IMG/VR virus record: IMGVR_UViG_3300036828_000247
Coordinates: 3,961-67,960 of that record
DNA length: 64,000 nucleotides
Reading direction: 5' to 3' (one strand)
Origin: a virus
The position numbers and the translations under genes are program-made. This document shows, in pieces, positions 1 to 8,843 of this stretch (the stretch's first letter is position 1; each line of letters starts with the position of its first letter). Under the pieces are notes generated by a model. The model was not told the DNA's origin. It saw only the letters and a program-made list of their open reading frames with translations, and searched no databases.

Positions 1-233
1 TGGATGGAGCTCTTCCTGGTCTTGTCGTGCCGGACGAACTCCAGCTGGCGCATCCCAAGCTCGGTTGTGGTGTCAATCGTCAGTACGAACCCATACAGGA
101 AGTCGTCACACTCGTACTCCTCGCACGTGGCCGACCGCCAGTGCGTCCGGAGCGGAGCGCTGATCGTGTATGTCTTGTAGTGCTCCGGACCCACAGCCGG
201 AATGATCCGGCGGAGCTCGGGGGTGATATCCAT
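1..233 (-). CDS. Partial conserved tail-region protein (MDITPELRRIIPAVGPEHYKTYTISAPLRTHWRSATCEEYECDD...), runs off the window
   Basis: Hand-translated; ATG at 233 overlaps the major tail stop; absent from the ORF track because it is truncated. Confidence 0.7.
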   Translation of the reverse strand, partial: MDITPELRRIIPAVGPEHYKTYTISAPLRTHWRSATCEEYECDDFLYGFVLTIDTTTELGMRQLEFVRHDKTRKSSI

Positions 234-1180
234 CAGAACACCTGCCCTGCGATTGGATTCTGGACGAGGGCCACGGCAAATACTGCCTGCGTGAACGTCC
301 CGGCCGTTACGACCTTGACGAACTCGTTGACTGTCGTGACGTTTGATGTGGCTACCCGGTAGCCGTTGATGGCAGTCTGGCTCCCGAAGTCAAGCAGGGT
401 CGTATACGTCCCGCCCGAGGTTGTGGCGTGCGTGATGGTCACGTCGATGTTGGTGCCCACGAGCTCGATCAGCTGGAGATAGGCCTGCGCACCAAACGCG
501 CTACCGGCCCCGAGGTCAACAAAGGCTCCGGTGGTTGCCCCGTTATCGGTCCGGAGGCCCGGCGTGAGCGTCTTGCCCCACTCCATGCCGAAGGCGTTGG
601 CCTCAATGTCAATCTTGACCGTGATGCCACCCTTGTTGTCCCGGGTCGGATCGTAGTTGTCCTGCTTAGCTACGCACATCGCAGCCGCGTTCCCGATAGC
701 CGTGCCCCGGAAGTACATGGCCTGATCATCAGCCGTCGATGGGTTGGCGAATGCCTGGTGCGCGACCCCGAGGGAGAACCAGTTCCAGGTCGGGGCCACC
801 GTGTAGGTCAGGGTGATCGTCCCGAGCGGCGGGATGACGTAGGTGCCCGCTCCGGCTCCGACCGTTAGCCCGTTGATCGTCACGTTGCTCATCGTGCCGC
901 CCGTGATGGTCACGGTGACCGGCTGATTAAACGTGCTCACCACCGGGGTCCCCGAGGCAGGCACGCCCGGCGTGTTGACGGTCTGGATCGTCTCCAGCCA
1001 GGACGTGAAGCTCATCGAGGCATCTCGCGTTCCCCCGATCCTGGCGTTAGCGAACTGCTTGATCGGTGTGGTGTCCAGCAGAGCCGGGCCGCCGCTGATC
1101 TTGTCGACGCTCAAGATGGAACCAGAGACGTCAATCCCGCTGTAGTAGAGATTGTCACCGAGGCCGCTCTGCTTTGGCAT
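233..1180 (-). CDS. Major tail (tube) protein
   Basis: MPKQSGLGDNLY start; LDTTPI...ARIGGTRDASMSF; lies downstream of the tail terminator-like gene. Confidence 0.7.
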   Translation of the reverse strand: MPKQSGLGDNLYYSGIDVSGSILSVDKISGGPALLDTTPIKQFANARIGGTRDASMSFTSWLETIQTVNTPGVPASGTPVVSTFNQPVTVTITGGTMSNVTINGLTVGAGAGTYVIPPLGTITLTYTVAPTWNWFSLGVAHQAFANPSTADDQAMYFRGTAIGNAAAMCVAKQDNYDPTRDNKGGITVKIDIEANAFGMEWGKTLTPGLRTDNGATTGAFVDLGAGSAFGAQAYLQLIELVGTNIDVTITHATTSGGTYTTLLDFGSQTAINGYRVATSNVTTVNEFVKVVTAGTFTQAVFAVALVQNPIAGQVF

Positions 1181-1650
1181 TACGCCACCTGCTCCCACAT
1201 ATCGTTCACGATCACCGGGACCGCAATGGTCATCACGCGATGGATCCGCTTGTCTAGTTCTACATACCCGGCCTCGCCGAACAAGGAGGTCCCGTATGCC
1301 CCGAGGAGGTCCACGTTCCGGGTATCAGCGTCCCCGCCAAACTCAAAGTCGCCGCTCAGGGCTCCGATGAAGTCGGTCGCTGCCGCCATGACCTTCGGGT
1401 CAATCTGGTCAAACGGCTGCTGCGCGAACGGTGTGTAGATCCGGGCATCAAGCAAGACGAGGCCGGACGTGCTGGCGAGCCCACCGGCCCGGATCGGCTC
1501 GATGCGCTGCGTCCAGATGGAGCACACAAGGCCGTTCCCCGGAGCCCCCTTGGGCTCGTGGGTGTTAACCGAATCAAAGTGCCCGGTGCTCATGGCGTAG
1601 CTCACCACCCGGTCAAAGATCTCGTTGACAGCATCCTCGTCGAAGTTCAT
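1180..1650 (-). CDS. Tail terminator / completion protein
   Basis: FDSVNTHEPKGAPGNGL and GYVELDKRIHRVMTIAVPVIVND; synteny. Confidence 0.65.
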   Translation of the reverse strand: MNFDEDAVNEIFDRVVSYAMSTGHFDSVNTHEPKGAPGNGLVCSIWTQRIEPIRAGGLASTSGLVLLDARIYTPFAQQPFDQIDPKVMAAATDFIGALSGDFEFGGDADTRNVDLLGAYGTSLFGEAGYVELDKRIHRVMTIAVPVIVNDMWEQVA

Positions 1651-1994
1651 CCGGGCCTGCCTAGCTGGAGCCCGCTCCGGGTAGCGCGCTCAATGGGGCT
1701 CTCCTTCTTGGTCCGGAGATGCTCCAGACAGCTCGGGAGGGCAACGCAGTACATCAGCAGCTGCCCCAGGACTTCGGTCTGCTGCCAGGAGGGGGCGAGC
1801 GTGACTGCGGGCCGGATATCCGGGATAACCGGCTCCTCTCCGTCGTGCAGGATACCAGCCTCCTTGTCATCACGGGCCAGTAGGTACTCGCCCACGCACT
1901 GAAGGCAGGAGACGTTCATCTCCACGAGCCCGCGCGGTGGCTCGGGCCCGAGTCCGTTTGTGCTAGGCATTGCGTTTCCTCCGTCGTTAGTCAT
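1647..1994 (-). CDS. Hypothetical protein with CxxC motifs
   Basis: ATGA-coupled to both neighbours in the operon. Confidence 0.55.
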   Translation of the reverse strand: MTNDGGNAMPSTNGLGPEPPRGLVEMNVSCLQCVGEYLLARDDKEAGILHDGEEPVIPDIRPAVTLAPSWQQTEVLGQLLMYCVALPSCLEHLRTKKESPIERATRSGLQLGRPG

Positions 1995-3040
1995 ACCGCA
2001 CGGCTCCTTGCCTGACGACTGTATTGCCCGGCCAGCTTTATTCGGAGATCCCCAAGGCCGGAGCCTGGGCTGGCCTCCTTCTGCTGCCCAGACCCGGCCG
2101 AGTAGATCCCGGGCTCCTGCGTCAGCTGGACAATGGCCTCTGCCACCGCGTTGTCACGCACGAGCGGTGGGATGAGCTGGGTCACGCACGGGGCCGATAT
2201 CAGGTGTGTGGCTGCCGTGGTCCCGAAGTCTCCCCGGGTGGTTATCAGCTGTCGGGCCGCGTACAGCGTTCCTGAGGTATGGGAATCCAGCGCGGTCCCG
2301 TCCCACCCCCTCTTGACGATCAGCGTGTTGGCGGCGATGTCAACGATCAGCACCCGCTCGGCATCAACCAGCAGGATCTCCCCAATGTTGAACTTGGTCG
2401 AGTCCGGGACGTTCAGCGCGCTGTCCTTGACCTGGGCCGTACTGAGGCCGGACCACGTGACCCCGGTGCTAACCATCCGCTTATCGGTCACCAGCATTCG
2501 CTCGGTCCCAAGGATAAGGACATCTCCGGCTCCGATCTGGCTTCCATCTGTGACCTGGGCGATCCCAGTTGTGGTGTCGGCCATGGCTGCCGCGAGAAAG
2601 CCAGCTGGCCTGGTCCTCCCCCAGAACCCCCAGGTGCCTGTGAGGGCAAGGTCTTGCTGCCAGGTTGAGCTGTTACCGAAGGCGGAGCTCTTGTCCAGCC
2701 GAAGATCCACGCAGCGATAAGGGGGCCCGCTATTGGCTGGCTGGAGGATGTAATTGCCAGGAGGGATGACGATCGTGCCGGTGGTGAAGTTCGTCACGGC
2801 CACGAGATCGTTAGCATCCAGCCAGAGACGCCAGGAATAGCTACGCTGGAAGTTGGGCCAGTCAAACACCCGGGTCTCATCCGTGTTGTAGAACACCCGG
2901 CCGGTGCACCAATCGATGGTGTCACTAGCGGACTCGATTGCCCGGTCAACGGCGTCAAGGTTCCGGGCTGAGAACTTGAAGTCGGGTGCGCGCATGACGG
3001 TATCACGGTTGGCGTAGCAAGGACGGGTGACCGTCATCAT
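1991..3040 (-). CDS. Head-to-tail adaptor with inserted repeated beta domains
   Basis: N-terminal VDRAIESASDTIDWCTGRVFY; two internal GD/EILL-x-x-ER-L-V repeats; C-terminal YSRQARSRAV. Confidence 0.65.
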   Translation of the reverse strand: MMTVTRPCYANRDTVMRAPDFKFSARNLDAVDRAIESASDTIDWCTGRVFYNTDETRVFDWPNFQRSYSWRLWLDANDLVAVTNFTTGTIVIPPGNYILQPANSGPPYRCVDLRLDKSSAFGNSSTWQQDLALTGTWGFWGRTRPAGFLAAAMADTTTGIAQVTDGSQIGAGDVLILGTERMLVTDKRMVSTGVTWSGLSTAQVKDSALNVPDSTKFNIGEILLVDAERVLIVDIAANTLIVKRGWDGTALDSHTSGTLYAARQLITTRGDFGTTAATHLISAPCVTQLIPPLVRDNAVAEAIVQLTQEPGIYSAGSGQQKEASPGSGLGDLRIKLAGQYSRQARSRAV

Positions 3041-3045
3041 TCCTC

Positions 3046-3351
3046 CTACAGGGTTGTGGGCTCAACTTGCCACGAGTCGTTGCCGATGACAGCTACCTGC
3101 CCGGTCCCGGTCCACTGGGCAAGCCAGAGCTCCTGGTCGGGTCCGGTGAAGCCCGAGGAGTCGAGGTCGGCGTGATAGTTGCCGATGCTGTCCTTGACGA
3201 TGGGTGCGGCCGGGTAAGTCACGGTCGTGGTCGTGCCTGAGCCACGCCGGTACTTCAGCGTGACGGTTGTCGGGTCAGCTACCACGCCGTCTAGGCCACG
3301 GAAGTTCTGGGCCTGAGTGCGGACCACGGTGCCGCTCGGGTATACGTTCAT
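3046..3351 (-). CDS. Small virion protein (Ig/BppU-like)
   Basis: DPTTVTL...GNYHADLD...WTGTG pattern; operon-coupled. Confidence 0.55.
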   Translation of the reverse strand: MNVYPSGTVVRTQAQNFRGLDGVVADPTTVTLKYRRGSGTTTTVTYPAAPIVKDSIGNYHADLDSSGFTGPDQELWLAQWTGTGQVAVIGNDSWQVEPTTL

Positions 3352-4790
3352 GCCAGATTCCCTACCTGGACGCTGCCTGATTCGTTGCTGGTTCCTACGC
3401 TCCCGGCCGCGTTGCTTACGGCCAGGCTCCCGGCCCGGTTAGCCAGCGAGACGCTGCCTGTTGCCATATTGCTAAGTGTGACCGAACCTACCACGCGGCT
3501 GATGTCCACCTGCCCCGGGAAGACCCCGCCACCGCCAGTCACAGAGCCCTGCCCGCCGAGGACGGCCACCAGGGCAGCGGTGCCAGCGACATGAGCTGCC
3601 GCCGAGAGCTGACCGATGCCAGCGCTGACTAGAACGGACGCCGCTACCCCGGTGACCCTCGCGCCTCCGCCCGGGAGACCAATTCCACCAGCCACCGAGA
3701 TGGCAGCCCTGATACCAGTAGTGCCTGCGCCGCCAGAGGCATTCCCCACCCCGCCAGCTACAGACACCAGGGCTGCCACCCCGGTGACGCTTGCGCCGGC
3801 CGACGGAGACCCCGTCCCACCGGCCACGGCTACCTGGGCCGCTATGCCGCTGACATTGGCCGCCCCACCCGCTCCAGGCGAGCCGAGGCCGCCTGAGACC
3901 GTTACGGATGCGCCAACGCCGGCGATACCGACCCCTGCCGAGGCTGTGCCGGCCCCTCCGGCCACGGCCACGGCCGAGGCTACCCCGGTGACCCCCGCGC
4001 CGCCCGAAGCCGTACCGACCCCTCCAGCGACGACAACGGCCGCACCGACCCCGCTGACATTCACCCCTGCGCGCGGCGTGCCCGCTCCACCGGCAACCGT
4101 GACACCGGCACCGACGCCAGTGACGCCTGCCCCGGCCAGGAATGTCCCTATACCACCAGCAACAGGAACCCCGGCCGCTACCCCCACGACCCCGGCCCCG
4201 GCCGCGGACAGGCCCACGCCGCCCGTGACAACCACAGCAGCGCTGACGCCATTGACGTTGGCTGCTCCGCCAGCCCCGGCCGTGCCGATTCCGCCAGCCA
4301 CCGTAACCTGAGCGCCCACGCCGGTAACCAGTGCCCCACCCGAGGGGACGCCGATTCCGCCAGCCACCGTGACCGAGGCCCCAGTACCGCTGACGCTGTC
4401 TCCGGAAGAGAGCGCACCAGCGCCACCGGCCACGGTGACTGCGGCCGCGAGCCCCGTGACGTTTGCGCCAGCTAGGAATGTCCCGGCGCCACCAGCAACC
4501 GTGACAGCGGCCGCAACACCAGTGACGCCTGCGCCACCTCGTGCCGTACCGATGCCGCCAGCGACAGTGACCTGGGCACCGATCCCGGTGACCCCGGCCC
4601 CGGCCAGGAACGTCCCGGCCCCACCGGTGACGACAACAGCCGCACCGGTCCCTGTAACGAGGCCGCCAGCCAGAAATACCCCGGCTCCGCCCGTAATTAC
4701 AACAGCCGCAGACACGCCAGTAACGTTCGCACCGACTGCTGCTATGCCAGGCGGTACGAACTCGCGGCGTGTGTTACGGCTTCCAGGCAT
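3348..4790 (-). CDS. Gly/Ala/Val repeat fibre-like virion protein (~21-aa repeats such as GANVTGVAAAVTVAGGAGTFL)
   Basis: Clear tandem peptide repeat across most of the ORF. Confidence 0.7.
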   Translation of the reverse strand: MPGSRNTRREFVPPGIAAVGANVTGVSAAVVITGGAGVFLAGGLVTGTGAAVVVTGGAGTFLAGAGVTGIGAQVTVAGGIGTARGGAGVTGVAAAVTVAGGAGTFLAGANVTGLAAAVTVAGGAGALSSGDSVSGTGASVTVAGGIGVPSGGALVTGVGAQVTVAGGIGTAGAGGAANVNGVSAAVVVTGGVGLSAAGAGVVGVAAGVPVAGGIGTFLAGAGVTGVGAGVTVAGGAGTPRAGVNVSGVGAAVVVAGGVGTASGGAGVTGVASAVAVAGGAGTASAGVGIAGVGASVTVSGGLGSPGAGGAANVSGIAAQVAVAGGTGSPSAGASVTGVAALVSVAGGVGNASGGAGTTGIRAAISVAGGIGLPGGGARVTGVAASVLVSAGIGQLSAAAHVAGTAALVAVLGGQGSVTGGGGVFPGQVDISRVVGSVTLSNMATGSVSLANRAGSLAVSNAAGSVGTSNESGSVQVGNLA

Positions 4791-4793
4791 CGG

Positions 4794-5297
4794 CTACTCG
4801 TTCCACTGAAGCCAGGGTAGGACGTTCACGGCAGCCTGTGCTCTGCACCTGATACGGAGGAACCGGCTAGGGGCAACCCTTGGCCGACGGGTGTCAGGGT
4901 ACCAGATGGAGTAGCCGGACTGAGGATGGACGTGCTGCGTATCGAACTGGTGAATCGAGGTTATGACACCCTCTGTCGGGGTGACGCCTCCGCCGTGCCC
5001 TGTCAGCGCAGCCCCGCCAACACAGAAGCTAGGCTGGTAGCCAGGGTCCCAGGTATCCGGGGTGGCAGACGTTAGGGCCGAGGCCGCGACATCCCCGTCA
5101 AATAGCTGGCAGATCACCGGGGCAGCGGTGCCGAGCACGCCGTCAAAACTCACACCCCATGCACAGATACGGATGTCAACCGTGGACGGAGTTGCTATCT
5201 GAAGAACTGTCTTGGTTGTGTTCGCCACGAGCGCCACCACGACCGGCTCCCATGTGGTAGCGATACCGCGCGGGCCAAGGAAGTAATCGCCCATCAT
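4794..5297 (-). CDS. Putative virion structural protein
   Basis: Beta-rich protein in the structural operon. Confidence 0.6.
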   Translation of the reverse strand: MMGDYFLGPRGIATTWEPVVVALVANTTKTVLQIATPSTVDIRICAWGVSFDGVLGTAAPVICQLFDGDVAASALTSATPDTWDPGYQPSFCVGGAALTGHGGGVTPTEGVITSIHQFDTQHVHPQSGYSIWYPDTRRPRVAPSRFLRIRCRAQAAVNVLPWLQWNE

Positions 5298-6062
5298 TCA
5301 CCTTCCGTAGAATGCTGGAGCCGGAACCATTACCGGAGCAGCCCTGCGACGACCGCTCATCTGCTGGGGAAGAATGCCGCCAGGAACTGGTGGCTGGATA
5401 ACAACGATCAGCCCGATGCCAACCTGTATAGTCAGTGTGGTCGAGCCAGCGTTGCTGGCCGGGCTACCGGACGCGGGCGAACCATTCACATCCTGCGCCG
5501 CATGGGACCGCTGGGCTAGTGCCCCGTCGGTGTAGGCGTTGGTGAATCCCGAGCCCGGCGTCCAGGTCTCGGCAGCCGCCGTACTGGACGATATCTGGCA
5601 GGCGGTAAATGCATAGCAGCCAGCCTGCGGCACATTCCCACTGGTTGCCATCGTCAGCGTGGTGCCGGCGCTGGCGGTAACCGTGCCGGATGCCCCCTCG
5701 GGAGTTACGGGGTCGGCACCGGAGAATTCCTCCAGCCCTGCACCGAGCCGCGCGTTAGTTGCGGTGCCCGTGTTGGTCGCGGTCAGGACCGGGGCGGCAT
5801 CAGCGCCAGCAGCAATCTTACGAAACAGGATCGCCCGGGCCTGCACCGCATTCGTGACTGCCCCCGCATCCACGGCCGTCACCCATCCCGAGGGTGGGGC
5901 AATAGCGCCGGCAGTAGTGCCGCCCCACGCGACCGCCCAGCAGTACAGCACATTCCCGGCAGTACGGTTCTGCCCGGTGCCCCACGCCGTCGTGATAGAT
6001 GGCGTGTTGCTCCCCACCTGATTCACAGGTGCGGCAGGCGTACCAACGCGGGCGACGGCCAT
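5298..6062 (-). CDS. Putative virion structural/fibre protein
   Basis: TAGNVL...APPSGW...FRKIA pattern; Ala/Thr/Gly-rich. Confidence 0.6.
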   Translation of the reverse strand: MAVARVGTPAAPVNQVGSNTPSITTAWGTGQNRTAGNVLYCWAVAWGGTTAGAIAPPSGWVTAVDAGAVTNAVQARAILFRKIAAGADAAPVLTATNTGTATNARLGAGLEEFSGADPVTPEGASGTVTASAGTTLTMATSGNVPQAGCYAFTACQISSSTAAAETWTPGSGFTNAYTDGALAQRSHAAQDVNGSPASGSPASNAGSTTLTIQVGIGLIVVIQPPVPGGILPQQMSGRRRAAPVMVPAPAFYGR

Positions 6063-6065
6063 GGC

Positions 6066-6554
6066 TCAGCTCGTGGTAAAGAGAGCTAGGCCGTTGGTGG
6101 GGTCAACCGTGTAGGTGTACGGGCCAGCTGTGCTGGAGACCGTCACCCCGAAGTCAATCACCGCGATGACGGGGGTGGCGGAGTCCACGCCACCACCGAT
6201 CGTGAAGTCATAGATGCACATCGAGGCAGCCGAGATGGTGACGGCAGCGCCCCAGCTGATGGGGGCTGGGGCGGTGCACGTCCACTTGTCGGTGCCGGGA
6301 GCGGTGCCGGTAGTCAGCGTCAGCGTGGTTAGCGGAATCCGGCCCGAGTTTGTCGCGGCGAGATAGTCCGCGTTAGCGCATTCCGTGTACGCAGTCTTCA
6401 GGTCAGAGACGAACTGGTAGACCTGCTGCGTTGCAGTCCACGCCGATGCGCTACCGGTGAACAGAGCGCAGCGGAACGCATCAGTTGTGAGGTTGATGGT
6501 CTTCTTGTTGATCGCGTCTACAGCCTTTGGATAGACGTGACTGGTTACCGCCAT
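6066..6554 (-). CDS. Putative virion structural protein
   Basis: INLTTDAFRCALFT...VIAVIDFG pattern typical of phage structural accessories; RBS upstream. Confidence 0.6.
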   Translation of the reverse strand: MAVTSHVYPKAVDAINKKTINLTTDAFRCALFTGSASAWTATQQVYQFVSDLKTAYTECANADYLAATNSGRIPLTTLTLTTGTAPGTDKWTCTAPAPISWGAAVTISAASMCIYDFTIGGGVDSATPVIAVIDFGVTVSSTAGPYTYTVDPTNGLALFTTS

Positions 6555-6658
6555 GCCCTTGCTCCTGTACCCTTGCTTTCTTGGCCGCTCGCACCAGGCG
6601 AGAGGGAGTGGTATTCAGTTATGGGATGAGGAATCCGCCATCGGCCGGAACCTCACTG

Positions 6659-7234
6659 CTACTGCCTGCCGCCCCTCCCTTTAGTAAGCTGTTCGTCGCC
6701 GGGACTGGTCGCCCCCGAAGAGCTCTGCTGGCCGGGCTGGCTGGGTCCAGTCCCTCGGGTATGCCCACCCGTCGAACGAGCAGTAGAGGGTGAACCCTGG
6801 CTCGACTGCTGGTGCCCGCCTGAGTGGCTCCCCGCAGAGCTGGCAGGCGGTCGGGTCGACTGTCCCGTTTCCTGGGGTGTTGATCCACTCTTGTCTTGCT
6901 TGCTCTCTGATGCTGAGGAGCTGGTACCAGCTGATGACGATCCCTCCTCGTCGTCGTCGGCGTGCTCCAGGTCGATCAGGTCAGCCTTGGTCAGGCCTTC
7001 CGCGTCCTCCTGGGATAGGCCGAGGACCCTGACCGCGTAGTCAACGTGCTCGTCCTTCGGGGCTGACTTCGCCGGAGGGGTCTCCTCCACCACATCCGGG
7101 TCTGCGGCGTTGCTTGCGCCTTCGCCTACTGAGATCCTTGCCATGCTCGTCTCCCTCCGTGGAAGGCCGCAGTGCGGGCAGGCCATCAGATCACTGGCGA
7201 TTGCCTGGCAGCCGCAGCTGCGGCAATTCCACAT
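6659..7234 (-). CDS. Zn-ribbon plus small helical (Rho-N/HeH-like) protein; its Ser-rich tail overlaps another gene
   Basis: CRSCGC...CPHC; SAPKDEHVDYAVRVLGLSQEDAEGLTKADLI. Confidence 0.6.
   Translation of the reverse strand: MWNCRSCGCQAIASDLMACPHCGLPRRETSMARISVGEGASNAADPDVVEETPPAKSAPKDEHVDYAVRVLGLSQEDAEGLTKADLIDLEHADDDEEGSSSAGTSSSASESKQDKSGSTPQETGQSTRPPASSAGSHSGGHQQSSQGSPSTARSTGGHTRGTGPSQPGQQSSSGATSPGDEQLTKGRGGRQ
6681..6935 (-). CDS. Overlapping 84-aa Zn-ribbon protein with a probable ATC start (ISWYQLLSIREQARQEW...CQLCGEPL...YCSFDGWAYPRDW)
   Basis: Hand-translated; GAGGAGGG RBS at 6949-6942, ATC at 6935, TAA at 6683-6681; protein-like sequence, whereas the annotated frame is low-complexity here. 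Confidence 0.65.
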   Translation of the reverse strand: MSWYQLLSIREQARQEWINTPGNGTVDPTACQLCGEPLRRAPAVEPGFTLYCSFDGWAYPRDWTQPARPAELFGGDQSRRRTAY

Positions 7235-7243
7235 AGTTTGCTC

Positions 7244-7372
7244 CTAGCCCTTATCGGGCGGTGCCTTGGACTTGGGTGGGTGGTAGATATCCTGCCGCCC
7301 CTGCTGGGCCAGCAACGGCAGCTCCTTGGCCTGGTCGGCATTGCTGATCGTCTCACGGCTGTCCCGTGGCAT
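7244..7372 (-). CDS. Small hypothetical protein (42 aa)
   Basis: AGGAGG RBS then ATG; fills the operon gap. Confidence 0.4.
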   Translation of the reverse strand: MPRDSRETISNADQAKELPLLAQQGRQDIYHPPKSKAPPDKG

Positions 7373-7381
7373 GATTCCCTC

Positions 7382-7834
7382 CTAGCTGACAAACGCTCCG
7401 GGATCTAGTGGCGTGAACTGCAGATACCACTTCATCTGGCCGGTATCGTTCGCCGTAGTCGTCCAGGTTATCACCCCGGCCGGGACAATGGCCACGAACG
7501 AGCGGTCGAAGTTGATCACGTTGGTCTGGATCGGCCCGCTCGCAATTCCGGCAGCGAACGCCGGAACGAACAGGCCGCCGACGGCCGCACTGGTGACCAC
7601 GGCCGACGTCGCGATGGAGGCCGGGGCGCTGACCCCACCCGTAGGCGTGTTGCCCAGGGACAGGCTGGTGACCGTAGCGCCAAGCGCCGTAGTCACCAGC
7701 CCGGCCATGAACTGGACCAGCACCGATCCGCCCGTCACCGTGAACAACGTGGCAGTAGCCGTCTGGGGCAGCGCCTGTGCTGCCTTAACGACCATGGACC
7801 CCGAGAGGCCTGAGTTCTTCACGGTGACTGACAT
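7382..7834 (-). CDS. Putative capsid decoration protein (paralog of 7834-8316)
   Basis: ALPQTATATLFTVTGG...GLVTTALGAT. Confidence 0.55.
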   Translation of the reverse strand: MSVTVKNSGLSGSMVVKAAQALPQTATATLFTVTGGSVLVQFMAGLVTTALGATVTSLSLGNTPTGGVSAPASIATSAVVTSAAVGGLFVPAFAAGIASGPIQTNVINFDRSFVAIVPAGVITWTTTANDTGQMKWYLQFTPLDPGAFVS

Positions 7835-8316
7835 TAGACTGCCACCACCGATCCGGCAGCCTTGGGCACCAGCGGCGTGTAGCCGAGGACCCAGGTGATG
7901 TTGCCCGTCACCGTAGTCAGGGTCGTGATCGTAATGCTGGCTGCATTGACCGTGAACCTGTTCATGGCGGTGGCCGCTCCCGAGGCCACGACCGGGGCCG
8001 GTAGTGCGCCGCCCGGGGTCAGCGGCATCACGAGCACCGCGCCTACGGCCGTCGCGTTGAGCGGGGCAGCCGGGGCCGCAGCTATCGCGGCCGGCAGCCC
8101 AGTCACGCCGATCGTAGGCGAGACGTTGGATGCCTGCAGGGCCGTGCTAACGATCCCGAACAGCGCAGTCACCTGGATGACACCGGTCACGTTGAAGATG
8201 GCCCCGGTAGCGCTAGCCGGCAGAGCCTTCCCGACGTTGACGCAGTACCGGCCGGTCTCTGCCCGGCCCTTCTGGGAGATGTCCTTGAAAATGAATCCCT
8301 TGGTAAGGGAGCTCAT
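7834..8316 (-). CDS. Putative capsid decoration protein
   Basis: ALPASATGAIFNVTG...GIVSTALQAS. Confidence 0.55.
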   Translation of the reverse strand: MSSLTKGFIFKDISQKGRAETGRYCVNVGKALPASATGAIFNVTGVIQVTALFGIVSTALQASNVSPTIGVTGLPAAIAAAPAAPLNATAVGAVLVMPLTPGGALPAPVVASGAATAMNRFTVNAASITITTLTTVTGNITWVLGYTPLVPKAAGSVVAV

Positions 8317-8317
8317 G

Positions 8318-8764
8318 TCAGGCCCCCAGGAGTTCCAGGTTGGCCGGGGCCCGCTGAACGGTGAGGTCGGCCGTGATCACCGAGCAGAGCCCGGAACCAC
8401 CCGCCGTCACCTTGAGGTAGGAGTTGGGGTCAGCCAGCTCCGATGTGAAGACGTGGAAGCAGCTCATCGCTGCCGTGAGGAGCCCAGCCGTTGTGCCGTG
8501 CGTGTACGTCGATACGGCTGGGCTGATGATCAGCTTGCTCCAGGGAGCCGTACCATCGGTCGCCGTACTCCAGTAGACCACCCGGATAGCCGCGAGCGTG
8601 CTGGCGAAGCCACCGGCAAACGAGCTGTCCTGGTTGAGCGTGGCTACCGCCGTGGCGCCGGTCACTACCACCATGGCCGTGCTCGCACCGCGCAGACGGA
8701 ACGGCTTGGCACTTGCGATCGGGATGATGTTGACGAGCCTCCCGAGGGCTTCCATTCCTGCCAT
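8318..8764 (-). CDS. Putative capsid decoration/cement protein
   Basis: Immediately downstream of the capsid gene; MEALGRLVNI...DLTVQRAPANL. Confidence 0.6.
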   Translation of the reverse strand: MAGMEALGRLVNIIPIASAKPFRLRGASTAMVVVTGATAVATLNQDSSFAGGFASTLAAIRVVYWSTATDGTAPWSKLIISPAVSTYTHGTTAGLLTAAMSCFHVFTSELADPNSYLKVTAGGSGLCSVITADLTVQRAPANLELLGA

Positions 8765-8843
8765 TCTTTGATTCCTTCCTGCCGGGGTTTCAATGCCGGC
8801 GGATTCGGCCTACAGCCAGCGGTTGCTGGGGACGGCCTAGGGA

